The position numbers and the translations under genes are program-made. Below the pieces are notes generated by a model that had not been told where the DNA came from, ran no database searches, and worked only from the letters and a program-made list of their open reading frames with translations. Shown piece after piece: positions 37,088 to 49,289 of a DNA stretch of 64,000 bases. The first letter of the stretch is position 1. The number at the start of each line of letters is the position of its first letter. The DNA is from Gracilinanus agilis (taxonomy: Eukaryota): contig NC_058133.1 of assembly GCF_016433145.1 (NCBI RefSeq), positions 250,568,020 to 250,632,019 on the forward strand, in the 5' to 3' direction.

Positions 37088-38142
37088 AGGCTGATCATGT
37101 AATCAATGATAGGTATCCTAGTCACAGAATTCCAAGATGTCTACCACCACCCTGACCTGGCCTGACCCCAGGATCGAAGATGACCACTACCACTCTCCAG
37201 GATGATGGTGTCTTGAGGAGAGAGATCTAGGAGTGGAAGTTAGGGCTTAGATAACCCAAAGAAAAGCTTGAAAGCCTTCATTATGAAGACTGAGGCTCTA
37301 TTCCCTGCAAGGAGTAGGGACATACAAATGCTGCATGTGCTGAATGCTAAGGGTCTTTGTTTTAGGCCCCTTTCTCTTTTGGATCCTTTAACTGATCCCC
37401 TAAAGGTTGCCATCACTACTCTGGTAATTTGCTCCATAGTACCATTCCATTTTACTCCTCTTTCTCTGGTACCCCTCTCTATCCTTCCCCCAGCACTAAC
37501 CATCTTCCTCTTCCCCTTATTTACATTTTTCTACCTCCTTTGTTCCTAATATGACCCCATCTCCCCTCCTAGTATCATAATATCAAAAGAAAATCTAGAT
37601 GTAGGGGCTGGGGAATGTTATTATTACAGTAGCTCCCCACCACCACCACCACCTCAAAAAAAGGAAAAAAATAACCTGCTAGAGTCATAAACCTTTGGGA
37701 CTCTTCCTTTTACATATAAAGAAGCTGAGGTCAAGTTAAAGTAAATTGACCAAAATCACACAGTGAATTGGGGGATGGGAAGGGAACAGAACTCTTGATC
37801 CCAAGTCTTCTGAGCAGTGATTTCCTCCCCTCATTTTACAATGTACCTTTTCTTCCCTGAACAACATAGATCCAGTCCCCCTGGAACCATTCTTGGACCC
37901 ATGGCACTTTAAGAGGAGATGAGTTAACCTTCCTTATACATGCTTTTTGGGGCTAGGGCCCTAGTACCCAACTATCAGGTCCCCAAACATCATTTCTCCT
38001 GCCCTTTTCCCAAGCTGGTGCTTATTGCAGCTTTTCTTATGCCTTATTTAACATTTTTTTCTCCTCTCTCTGTCTGAGCACTAGGGAGAATAATGTGTCT
38101 TTGTATGGTGTGTGTATACATTTGTTATATATATGCATATAT

Positions 38143-38148
38143 ATTAAA
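38143..38148 (+). terminator. Candidate PLSCR3 poly(A) signal ATTAAA
   Basis: Variant hexamer ~1.05 kb after the stop, following an AT-repeat tract. Confidence 0.45.
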
Positions 38149-39700
38149 AACTTTCTAACTTTTTGGACACTGGGGAATTCATATGTGGAGTTGGAGAGGG
38201 GACTTTGTATGGAAACAAAGGAAAATTGAAGTCAAAACCTTCATCCTAAATTAGTCATGTTCAAAATCCAAGTTGGTCTCTATTCTGCCAAGGTCAGAGA
38301 GGTCTGCATCCCAACATTACCATTTGCCAAGACCTATCTTCACCCAAGTCTCGAGAGGACTTCTTCCATCATCTAAGGTTAGAGGACTATGCCCACATAA
38401 TCCAAAGTGTTTACTCCTATCTTTACTTCTACCCATTTCTCCATGATACAGTTGAAGATGGTAGCAGCAAGAGGTTCTGGTATGGAATGATGTCCAGTTT
38501 TCCACATATTTCATTCTGAGTTCTGCAAAGCTTCTGTGGGTGGAGTGGGGTGCCTTAGCCAGGCTTCTGCTTCCTAGGTAGGGACTAAGCAGAGCCAAAT
38601 GAATGTGGTTGCCTTCGTCTTAGAATTTAATGCTAGAAGAAACTTCAAGCTTATAGCTTTGCAAATGATGAAGTGATTGAGACTTGTCAGAAGTCAAAGA
38701 GTAAAAACAGGAAAGCTAGAATTCGAACCCAAGCCTTCTGATTCCCAATTTTGTGCCCTTTCTACTTTGATACATCTCTCCCTTTGCACTCCTGCATAGG
38801 TTCTAAAGTGCTATGCCCGTTCCCTTAGACACCAGAGTCTACCCTAAATTGCAGGGAGAGGAGAAAGGAAAGGAAAGCATCCTTAATATTATTAGTTCTG
38901 AGTGAAACTCCATTCCCTTCCTATGGAGTGGGTTCTGGTACACCACACTTCATTCCAGTTAGATAACAAGGCAAAACAATGAGGAGGATTTTATCCCCTG
39001 ACATCAACCCAGCTGAAGTTCATGTTATACCCTATAAAGAAAGAATGGAAGTGGTCATCTTGTCATCTCTTCGAAGTGATGGTAACATTTTACCACCCTA
39101 GGTAAGGCTGGTTCATGACCTACTGGCTAGTGGTACAGAAATTCCATTGCTAACACTCCAAGATCTATCAGCAGTCACCCTCAGAGCCCATGCTCAGTGG
39201 AAGAAGAGCAATTAAGTCTGAGGAAATTCAGACTTGCAGGGCTGGCCAACTGTATTCCTCAGAAGACTAGGTGGCAGGAAAGATAACCTGGGGCATGCCT
39301 CCAGAAACTTCAGAAGGAAGAGGCATCAGAGGAAGTACAGAACTTAACTAAATGATGAGGACTTGGAGATCTTCCCTGGTTTTCTTTCTTTTCTTTTTTT
39401 AAACCCTTATCTTCTGTTTCAGAATCAATACTGTCTATTTGTTTCAAAGCAGAAGAGCAGTAAGGGTTAGGCAGTGGAGGTCAAGTGACTTGCCTGGGGT
39501 CACACAGCTAGGAAGTGTCTGAGTTCAGATTTGAACTACGGACCTCCTGTATTTAGGCTCTTCATCCTAGCTGCCTCCTCTCTCCTGGTTTTCTGAGAAG
39601 TTTCTGAGAAGATGGAGAATAGTGAAAGACTGAAGGCTCAGGTCCCAGGAGATACAGGTGCTGGTAGAAGCTGCCATAGTCTTGATTGTGGGTCAGTATC

Positions 39701-39794
39701 TTTGAGGTTCTAGACAGCAGAGATCGTATCATCTGTCACTCTGGAAACTTGCCCAACATTCCTAATGTGGGACTCTGTGAATGCACAGCTCCAC
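39701..39794 (-). pseudogene. TNK1: TNK1 exon remnant (UBA domain)
   Basis: Acceptor tttgtag|; VELCIHRVPH*ECW..DTISAV*NLK vs human VELSVHGVTHQEC..DVVSAIRNLK; stops at 39762-39764 and 39710-39712 plus a frameshift. Confidence 0.85.
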
Positions 39795-40704
39795 CTACAA
39801 ACAGAAAACATCAAACCCTTCTCCTCTCAAAGACTCATAGGTTGTATGTGATCCTCTTCATCCACAAAGGCTCACATCACAGGGGCTACAAGTATTTGTC
39901 TGGCCTGCTGAGCCTCCTACAGGCTAACCAGATATAATCTTTTGAGAGGCCCAGGGAAATGTACTGAAGTCAGCTCTTACTGACTCAAGACTCAATTAAA
40001 TTTTCAGTGAGCTTTACACTTTAGAATTCAACACATGCTACAAACTAGGGCTTGTTTTGTTGAAAGTAATGGAGAGGGGCAGCCAGGTGACTCAATGGAT
40101 AGAGAGCTAGACCTAGAGACAGGAGGTCCTGGATTCAAATGTGACCTCAGATACATCCTAGCTGTGTGACTCTGGGCAAGTCACTTAGCCCCAGTTGCCT
40201 ATCCTTTACTGTTCTTCTACCTTGAAACCAGTAATGATTCTAAGATAGAAGGTAAGGGTTTTAAAAAAGCCATGGAGAAAGTGTTAATAATGCAGATTGA
40301 ATTGAAATGGATCTTGCATACATTTTTGGAGAGCTATTTGTTAACTAAATGCCAGCATATTCCTGGGCTTGAGTCTTTCTGGGAATCTAGTTGGGTTGGG
40401 AGTTAGGGAAGAAGGAAAAGAGACATCTGAAGGAAAGGATTATTACTAATGTAATAATAATAGCAATTAGCAATCATATATCAGTATAAAGTTTACAAAG
40501 CCCTTTATTTAAAGGATGATTTGGTCCTCACAACAACCCTAAGAGGTAGGTGCTATTATTATCCACATTTCACAGAGAAGGAGGCCAAGAAAAATTCCAT
40601 GACTTGTCCAGGGTCACACAACTAAGTATGAGTATGAGGCAGGATTTGAAGCCAGGACTCTTCCATTATAACATCCAACTGCAGTCATATATAGCAACAG
40701 AACA

Positions 40705-40940
40705 CTGGATTTCTGTGAAATGGCTAGAAGGACTGGTTACTCACAGAGAGAGCTGTCCCAGATTTTTAAAGAGATCTGGAAAGAAAAATAGAGAATTTAA
40801 TGTGACCCAGATGCCTGATCTCCCATTCCCCCCCTCCCTAGAGACCCCAGTTTCCTACCCAAGCTCTCCTCAGATCTTTCTCCCTTGGACCTGTGTTGAA
40901 TCCTGAAACCTTTCTTTGCGCCTTAGCAGGAGGTAACAGG
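40705..40940 (-). pseudogene. TNK1: Probable TNK1 proline-rich-region exon remnants
   Basis: PPAKAQRK (40910-40933) vs PPARGQRR; after acceptor ctttccag| at 40775, IS..L..LSL*..SS..EIQ vs ISRSLESVLSL..SSPPEIRQ. Short matches. Confidence 0.45.
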
Positions 40941-41782
40941 TAAGATATGGGAGTGCAGAAAGTGCAGAAAGGAGAAAACAGGGGGTTGGGACGGAAGAGA
41001 TTAGGGGAAGGCAAAATATAAGAGGGAAGTGGAGAGAGAATAGATGATAGGAAAAGGGAATGGAGGCAGGAGAGATCAGAATGAAGAGACAGTAGAAGAG
41101 AATTGGGTAGGATTTTTTCAGGGACTGGGACTTATCTCTTGGCGGATGTCCTCCAAGCAGAAGAAGCTTGGTCAGTCAGCAGGATAAGGAGTCTAACATG
41201 GAGGACAAAGATATGGTATCACAAGAGCAAAGGGAAGACTGAGGGAGCTATGACTTGGGATCAGAGAGGTCTTCAACCTAACCCAAGGTTCATTATCTCC
41301 GAGAACATTTTACACATTTTACTTAGATTGGTGTGGGGTGGCAAAAGATAAGAGTGACTAAAGCCCTATTCATTATCCCACATGTTGTTCAGTCATTTTC
41401 AGTCACGTCCCACTCCCATTTGGAGTTTTCTTGGCAAAGATCCTGGAGTGGTCTGCCATTTCCTTCTCCAGCTTATTTTACAAATGAAGTAACTGAAGTA
41501 AACAGGGTGAAGTGACTTGCCCAGGATCACCCAGCTAGTAGACATCTGAGATTATATTTGAACTCAGGAACAGCAATCTTCCTGACTCCAGGTCCTACCC
41601 TCTATCCACTGTGCCACCTAGCTGCTCAAAAACCTCTGCTGAAACCCAGGATTGATTCAAATTATCCCTTCCCTACCCCATTTCTCCCTTGTACTAATAC
41701 TAATTGAACTGCTCCCTAGTTCTCTCACTTTTCTCTTTCTCAATACCATCTTTAGGAGAATTCCATTATTATTAGTAATCAC

Positions 41783-42032
41783 CCACTTAGGGGAATTCCA
41801 CTTTTGGTTGTGGCCCAGTGCCTGCATCAGTCCAAAGTCAGCCACCCTGATGGTTGTAGGGGAAGAATAGGAATAAGTTTTAAGTGTCCACTAGCTCTCA
41901 GCCTTAATGTTGGCTATGGCCCCTGCCATGGGATAAAAACAGACAGAAAAGAGACATAGCAGTTGGAATGGTGGCAGAGGATTGTGGAAGTGAGGTGTTG
42001 AGGGAACAAGTTAAGAGTACAATAAACTTCAT
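41783..42032 (-). pseudogene. TNK1: TNK1 exon remnant (catalytic loop / DFG exon)
   Basis: LFCLFLS-MAGAIANIKAE-LV (human LLCLFLRQLAGAMAYLGARGLV), then DT*NLFL and TIRVADFGLMQALG (DFG at 41831-41839); frameshifts present; donor TGG|gtgatt. Confidence 0.85.
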
Positions 42033-42204
42033 CTTCCACAAAGGACAAGGGGAATAAGAAATCTTTATATTATCATCCCTTTCTTCTCTGGAAATCCCTT
42101 CTAGTTCTAACTTCCTGCCCTTCTGCTTTGCGTTTCAAGAAGCATTTCATTCTCTTCCTGACCAATCATTCTTTAGAGTTACAGGGACCAGTGATCAGAA
42201 GTCA

Positions 42205-42340
42205 GCCTTCCCATCTGGACACATGGGGCCATGAGTTTAAAGCCCAGGATTATTACAGATACCCCCTAAAGAAAGTGACCAAGAAATGGACCACTAGAAC
42301 CTAATGAGCTCCCCTGAAAAGACTTCACTGGCCCTGGGAT
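42205..42340 (-). pseudogene. TNK1: TNK1 exon remnant (VAVK / alphaC exon)
   Basis: IPGPVKSFQGSSLGSSGPFLGHFL*GVSVII aligns without gaps to VPVAVKSLRVGPEGPMGTELGDFLREVSVMM; TAG at 42266-42268. Confidence 0.8.
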
Positions 42341-42707
42341 GTAGGCATGAGGAATTGAGTAAAAGAGATGGAGAGGGCTGGGAGATAAGACCCTAGAAGA
42401 AGTGGACTGAAGGAAGGCAGTTGGGAGGTTAGGAATTAGCAAGACATTATTAGTTCTGCAAGGAATTATTTATATTTAGAGCTCCAAGGGACTTAAAATT
42501 TATCTAACTCGACTCTATTATTTTACACCTGAAGTTGCTAAAGCCCAGAGAGAGGAAACAACTTGTCCAAACTCACATGGTAGAGTTTGAAGCCAGATTG
42601 TCTGAGACCAAATCTAGTACCATCCTGGGTAGATAAAAGAAGAATCTGAAAAGGAGTCCAGTGAAGACTGAGGGGATCAGAAATAGTTTGGAAGGAGAGT
42701 GACTGAA

Positions 42708-42866
42708 AATTTTGCACTCCTGTAGTGTCCAGAGCCCCTGGAGAACAATAATCCAGTCTCACCACATGGCTTTAGGTAGTTGACAGAGCCCTGTTAATCT
42801 AGGATCAAAGAAGGAAAATTGGGGAGCAATAAATTTCTTTGGCTCAGAGGCCCAGCCCTTCAAGAT
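42708..42866 (-). pseudogene. TNK1: TNK1 exon remnant (pre-kinase / Gly-loop exon)
   Basis: Intact acceptor ttttgtttcag|; reads ILKGWASEPKK (human ILGGFAPEHKE), GLCQLPKAMW* and VLQGLWTLQECK (human VHRGLWTLPSGK). The GSGCFG Gly-loop is missing. Confidence 0.8.
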
Positions 42867-43229
42867 CTGAAACAAAATGAAGAGGAAGTAAAAGGAAAGG
42901 CATGGAAACACTCCCTCCTGCTTCATTAGAATTTAGAGGATCAATTCTGTGTGTTGGGAGATTGGATAGAAGCACTTCTTCCTAGAGTTAAAGCATGCAT
43001 ACTCAGCTCCATGGAAATGTTCTAATACTACACCTTCTATGTATATATATTTTGATTTTGTTTTTGTGTTACATTTTGTTTCCCCATCCGACTTCCAATG
43101 AGACAGATGCTTCCAAATTATATATATTCACCATCTCACCCAAAAGAAGGCTTCTCTGTAAGAATTCTCAAGTAAGGAGACTCCCTCATCTAATTACCTT
43201 TCAGATAAATAATCTTCCAAATTTCTGAC

Positions 43230-43397
43230 AAGTAAAAAAGTTCCTCAACATTTGAGATTCTCTGGTAAACAAATCATTCTCTTCCCTATGATGCCTCTAT
43301 TCAACTTAATTCAGTAAGCTATAAATGCCAGTGTTATACAAAATATGGTGGTTGACTGAGGATATGAAATAGAGGTGGTGATTGGAGGAAGAGACAT
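43230..43397 (-). pseudogene. TNK1: Possible TNK1 SAM-domain exon remnant
   Basis: MSLP...ITLAF...*IKLN...LPENLKC*G then gtcaga, vs MLP...IQLAQF...ELN...KPEDLDGIG. Weak similarity but in the expected position. Confidence 0.45.
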
Positions 43398-44532
43398 AGT
43401 ATGGGCACCTCTCTTAAGTGTGCAAACTAGTAGAGTAGCTGCAGATAAGTAATCTCCTCCATTGAGACCTCCCTTAGTAATGTCCCCCTCCTTCCTGAAT
43501 ACCATAAAGAATTGTTCCCCCACACCTCACTGCATACCCATTTTTAAAAGGAAAAGGAAAAGGGGGCAGCTAGGTGGCTCAGTGGATTGAGAGCCATGTC
43601 TAGAGATGGGAGGTCTTGGGTTCAAATCTGATTTCAGATACTTCCTAGCAGTGTGACCCTAGGCAAGTCACTTAACCCCCATTGCCTAGCCCTTACTGCT
43701 CTTCTGCCTTGGAAATAATATACAGTATTGATTCTAAGATGAAAGGTAAGGTTGTTTTGCTGTTGTTTAAAGAAGAAGGAAAGGAAGAGGTAAGAAAAAC
43801 AAAGTAGAAAACTGAGAGGGAGAAATTTTATAGAGGGACACAAGAAAAGAGAGAAATCAGGGATCAAAGGAGACAAATAGAAACAAGAGAAAGAAGAAAA
43901 GTTAGACGGGGAAAGTGCTGAGGGCAGGAAAAAAAAAAGGATAAAGAGGAAGGGAGAAGAGTCTAGAAAGGGAAAGAAAGAAAGAATAGAAAAAGATGGA
44001 CCTAGGGAAAAAGAAAGCAAGAGGGAAGGTTGCATGATAAGAGAAGCCCTGGAGCCATAATGACTTTCAGTTCAGACAAGACAATCAAGTAGGAAACTTG
44101 AAGGTGTCTTTCCCCCCACCTCCCTGAAGGGAGAAGAAGCATAAACTCAGCCTGATAGGGTTTCCAGGGCAATGTCTAAAGGTAGCCTAGAATGAGGAGG
44201 AACAGAGAGAGACAGAACCTTAATGAAAGGTGAAACAGGGTTTTCTGAAAGTTGGAGCTGGGAGAACACCTCTCATTTTATAGTTGAAGAAATGAGATCC
44301 AAAGAGTCAAACAACTCATAAATGGCAGAGCTGGGTCTTGAACTCAGATCTTCTGACTCTCTTTACTCTTAGTGAAATTTGCCCCTCTTTTTAAAATCAG
44401 GGAAAGGGGGAAAGGAAGTGTTTGCAGGGTAACTAACAGGGTAACCTCAACCCCAATATTTCTATAATGAGTATGCTTTGTCTCATTCTCCTAAAGTGGA
44501 TTCCATTGTGTCTCCCACTCAAGGGTCTAAGG

Positions 44533-44724
44533 CAGTGATTCCCAAAGTGGGAGCCACTGCCCCCTGGTGGATGCTGCAGCGATCCAGAGGTGGGGTGATG
44601 GCCACAGGTGCAATTATCTTTCCTATTAATTGCTATTAAAATTTTTTAAAATTAATTTCTAGGGGGCTAAGTAATATTTTTTCTGGAAAGGGGGCGGTAG
44701 GCCAAAAAAGTTTGGGAACCACTG
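44533..44724. mobile_element. hAT-type non-autonomous element (MITE)
   Basis: TIRs CAGTGATTCCCAAA / TTTGGGAACCACTG; perfect 8-bp TSD GTCTAAGG. Confidence 0.88.
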
Positions 44725-46411
44725 GTCTAAGGTCTCTTCTCTCAGCTATGACTCCCATCAGCTTTATCCCTCCAATGAGAGGTCCTCTAATGAATTACAA
44801 TATGTATTTAGCTTTTATTTTAAAACCCATACCTTCTGTCTTAGAATCAATACTAAGTGTCATTTCTAAGGAGAACAATGAGGACTAGGCAATTGGGGTT
44901 AAGTGACTTACTTAGGGTCACACAGCTAATAAGTGTCTTGCGGCCAAATTTGAACCCAGCTCTTCCCAGCTCTAGGCCTCACACTCTATCCACTATGCTA
45001 CCTAGCTGCCCCATAATATGTATTGTTTTTATTGTAACACATATTGCTTTTATAAAAAGAAATTCACTTCAAAGACATAACAAGAAAAGCGTACAAAACA
45101 AACATTTCCTCTAAACACCTTGGTGCAGTGCCAAGGGCCACAGAGGGGACAAGGGTCCATTGAATCCATGCAGAATGACAGAGTCATACGTGGGTCTTGT
45201 GACCTGAAAAAAGACCACAGGAAGGATGGAAACCCCAATCAGACCCCCCTGCATGACTCCCTTCTGACCAACACTTTTTGTTACTGGAATTATTGTAATC
45301 AATATCTCTAGGAAAGCCCCAAGACTTGTAGTCTAGATACAGAAATCCCCTTAAAGAAATTCCCTAATCACCTTATAATAAACCAGCAATTAATGAGTTA
45401 ATATTTCATACCCTCAGCCAAAGCAGCATTCAAAATGATAGAAGCTGCTTCTAATCTCTCCTGATTTCTGAGAAATCTGGAGGACAGAGGATGGCAACTT
45501 AATATACTTTATTACTTAAAATATTACTTAAAATACTTTATTACTTCATTGAAATTGACCCTGTAGTTTTGGAAGTTCACACTTTACCCTACCTTTTGAA
45601 ATGTGCTGAATAGTAGATGACTATTGTTGAAGTGATGTTTGGATGAGACTGGGTCTTGGTGACCTTTGAATGCTGTTTAGACTGGGGAGTAATCTACATG
45701 AAGAAATGTGTTGTTCATGCCAGCTCCTGTGAAGCCTTGAAATCTATGCTGTTTAGACTTGGAGCTTGGTGTATATTGTTCATGCCAATCTTGTGGAAAA
45801 AACTGGTCTTGAAGAAAAAATTATAAAAATAAAACACAACTCAAAGGCTGGTAGAACAGCTCTGGGCTGACTTGTTGGTACCAGATTGTTCTCAGTTTCC
45901 TTTCTTATTTGCCAATACCACCAGGCTATCCAAGCTTCCTTTTGATGTGTAGGCTGGCCCTACACAGTGCAGTGGATAGAGAGCCAGGCCTGAAATCAGG
46001 TAGACTTATTTTCCTGAGTTTAAATCTGGCCTCAAACACTTACTAGTGTTTACGTGATCCTGGGTAAGTCACTTAACTCCTATTGCCTTGATATTCTTCT
46101 GTCTTAGAACCAATACATAGTATTGATTCTAAGATGGAAGGTAAGGGTTTAAGAAAAAAAAAAAAAAGAACAAATGCCAAGCCAGACAAAGATAATAAAA
46201 ATTATTATTATTTAGCAATTATAATACCCATGAAAGTCTCAATTAAGGAGACTTACCTTCTCTGAGTCACTCTTGCTCCCTACATAAAGAAAGTCCTGTC
46301 CCCAAAGAGCATTCTCTTTCACTAGACACCACTCACTAGACATTAGACATCAGTGAAAAAGTTATTCACATAAAAATCAAACTAGAATAATTTTTTTTAA
46401 ATGGCCTAGAC

Positions 46412-46814
46412 CAGTGATGGGCAAACTACAGCATGTGGGCCAGATGCAGCCCCCTGAAATGTTCTATTGAGCTCTGCGACATTATTCCTAATCTGATAAA
46501 TACAATGAGTAGGATACAATACAATAAAACTTTTTTTTTTTAAACCCTTGAACTTCGGTGTATTGTCTCATAGGTGGAAGATTGGTAAGGGTGGGCAATG
46601 GGGGTCAAGTGACTTGCCCAGGGTCACACAGCTGGGAAGTGGCTGAGGCCGGGTTTGAACCTAGGACCTCCTGTCTCTAGGCCTGACTCTCACTCCACTG
46701 AGCTACCCAGCTGCCCCCTACAATAAAACTTTTAAAGAGTTGCCTTAGAAACAAACTGACAGATGAGCATTTCCTTTCCTTTGGCCCCCTCTTTAAAAAG
46801 CTTGCCCATCACTG
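46412..46814. mobile_element. hAT-type MITE interrupted by a SINE
   Basis: TIRs CAGTGATGGGCAA / TTGCCCATCACTG; TSD GCCTAGAC/GTCTAGAC (1 mismatch). Confidence 0.88.
46532..46718 (-). mobile_element. Young SINE inserted in the hAT MITE
   Basis: TSD tacaataaaact (46520-46531, 46719-46730). Confidence 0.88.
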
Positions 46815-46893
46815 GTCTAGACTATTTAGATCTTTTTCAAGGTATGCCCAGTTCCATCTCTTGTTGCCAATTGAAAATAGGCTTCTCTTAACC

Positions 46894-48965
46894 CCCTGAT
46901 GGTGAAACTATGGCACGCATCACGCGCATGTCATCGAAAGTATGAGGCCACATGCAAAGGATGAAATATTTGCTGTAGTGTAGTGTAGACACTCTGTGCT
47001 GGAGGTCTGTAGGCCAAAACAACAGAACTCTGGCACAGAGCATCTAGTTCTGGGACTTCCAGGCTGTTAGGGGACCTTTGACCTCACTTCCGGTCAGCAG
47101 AGCAGGGAGCAGCAGAATGCTGCAGGGGACACATTTCTGGGGACCCTGAGATCGCCATTGCCAGCAACCACATAACCACAGCAACCATCATTCATCCAAT
47201 CTACTGTTCTGGGGTGTTGTGGATTTCTAATTGACCATCATTACTGAGATAAGTGAGGGGGAAGCTAGGATTGGTGAGGGCCTGTGCTATGGGTACCATT
47301 TCCCACCATTAGAAATAGCAGCAGCCATCTTAATTTACATAAGGAACGCGATCTTGCAGCATAGTGCAGACTCCATTTCACCATTATTACTGTTGTGCAT
47401 CCTTATTAACTCCTATTTCTGCTTACATGTGCTATCTTGTGGTCAGTTAGGCTAGTTAACCCCTAATTGCCTGCAAGGCTAACAGGCTATCTATAATTCT
47501 ATCTTCTGTCACTGCCAACTTGATGGAGAACCCCAAAAATAAAAAAAACAAGGTTAAGTAAAGGAAGTGGTAGTAGCAGTAGTCAACCCTTTTGAGAGAT
47601 ATGGACCAAGATGTATGGCATTATAGAAAAAAATGGCAAAAATAATTTTACGTTCTATGTACTGAAATGGCAGTAAACAGAATGTGGTATATAAATAGAC
47701 ATTTTGAAACTAATCATTCCCAGCTCTTGAAAAAAAGTGAGGATGAAAGGAAGGAATACATTTCTAGGCAGCTACACCTTTATAAGAGCCAATCTAATTC
47801 CATCCTTAAATTTGTAAAAAGCTCTACAAATTTAACATCTGCAAGTTTGAGCATTGCTCACTCCATAGCTCAGCATGGAAAAGCACTCAGTGAGGGAGAA
47901 TTTATTAAAGAAACTCTCCTAAGATGTGCACCAGTTCTATTTCATGATATACCGAAAAAAAGATGCTATTATTAAGAGAATATCTGAGTTACCACTCAGT
48001 AGAAATATTATAAAAGACCAAATAATGAGACTGACACAAACGTACAACATCAATTAAAGAGAGACATAAGTAATTGTAAATATTTTTCGATCTCTCTTGA
48101 TGAAACTATTGATGTCACATCCCATGCTCAGTTGGCCATTATTAGTCAATATTCTGATGGTCTCACAATGAGAAAAGAGTTGATAAAGTTAATATCAGTG
48201 CCAACAAGTACATTGGGAAGCAAAATATGTAAAGTTGTTATATAAACATTCCATGACTTAAGCATTGATATCTTTAAAGTTGTGTCAGTGACAACAGATG
48301 GGGCACCAAATGTGGTGGGGAAAAAAGTTGGATTTGTCAAATTGTGTACGGAAGCTATTGGACATCGTATTGTGCCTTTTCATTGTATTATTCATCAGGA
48401 GGCTTTATGTGCCAAGGCAGGATTCACTGACTTAAACGACTTAATGTCAGTTGTTACAAAAATAGTTAATTTAATAGTTGCTCGTCCCCTTCACAAGCAA
48501 GAATTTTCTGCACTTTTACTGAAGGTTGATTCCATCTACAGTGGACTGGTGATGTACAATAATGTAAAATGGCTGAGCTGAGGCAAAGTTCTTGAGCGCT
48601 TTGTGGAGTGCTTTGAAGAAATTAAGGTATTTCTTGAGGATAAGGATCTGGGAGACTTTCCTCAGCTCAATGATGATAAGTGGGTTAACATCCTGATGTT
48701 TTTTACAGATCTCTCTGTTCATATTAATGAACTGAATTTAAAGTTACAAGCTTTTGGCAAAAGTATTGACGTTATGTTTGGATACATAAAAGCTTTTGAA
48801 AGTAAACTTCAAATTTTCAAGCGAGATGTAGAAACTAAATCTTAAAAGTATTTTCCTTGAGTAACAAAGTATTTTGAGAAGGCCAGTGCAGTTGTACAAA
48901 ATGAAATGGAACCCTTGCATAATGTACCAGCATGTTTTAGATTCATTACTTGACCAGTTCAGTAA
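46894..48965 (+). mobile_element. Decayed, 3'-truncated autonomous hAT (Charlie / OposCharlie-like) DNA transposon
   Basis: Degenerate left TIR (ccc)TGATGGTGAAACTATGGCACG followed by a transposase remnant; no right TIR seen. Confidence 0.8.
47600..48960 (+). pseudogene. hAT transposase remnant
   Basis: One frame from 48081 reads YFSISLDETIDVTSHAQLAII, VSVTTDGAP, HCIIHQEALCAK, NVKWLS*GKVL and FTDLSVHINELNLKLQ (hAT catalytic Asp residues, CxxH and W motifs). In-frame stops include 48243 and 48579. Confidence 0.88.
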
Positions 48966-49092
48966 TGGTCACAACTCTCTCACCTCTTCAGATATGCTGG
49001 TACATTCCCAGTTTGGGTGTGGAGAAGACAAAAGCATTGTGAATCAATGCCAGAAAACCCATCTGGAGGACGAGAATTTGGAATGTAGTTTT

Positions 49093-49289
49093 TTTTTTTT
49101 TGGTTTTTTTTTTTTAGACCCTTAACTTCAGTGTATTGTCTCATAGGTGGAAGAGTGGTAAGGGTGGGCAATGGGGGTCAAGTGACTTGCCCAGGGTCAC
49201 ACAGCTGGGAAGTGACTGAGGCCGGGTTTGAACCTAGGACCTCCTGTCTCTAGGCCTGACTCTCACTCCACTGAGCTACCTAGCTGCCC
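49093..49289 (-). mobile_element. Young SINE copy
   Basis: Near-identical to the 46532 copy; flanked by repeated tggaatgtagtttt. Confidence 0.85.

Larger units (their letters stand above)
39636..43397 (-). pseudogene. TNK1: Decayed TNK1 (tyrosine kinase non-receptor 1), candidate unitary pseudogene
   Basis: At least five collinear exon remnants in the syntenic position and orientation: ILKGWASEPKK..GLWTL, VKSF..LGHFL*GVSVII, LFCLFLS-MAGAIA..TIRVADFGLM, PPAKAQRK, VELCIHRVPH*EC..DTISAV*NLK, WDLS. All carry stops or frameshifts. Compared with the human TNK1 sequence from memory. Confidence 0.88.

Noticed and set aside
38433-38533. 101-nt minus-strand exon-like segment (cacag|...TGG|gtag) open in two frames
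   Set aside because: No similarity to any protein I recognise, not linkable to neighbouring exons, and such segments arise by chance.
45412-45476. Exon-like segment (QERLEAA) as a possible TNK1 exon
   Set aside because: Lies upstream of the better SAM-exon candidate, so the order is inconsistent; similarity is marginal.
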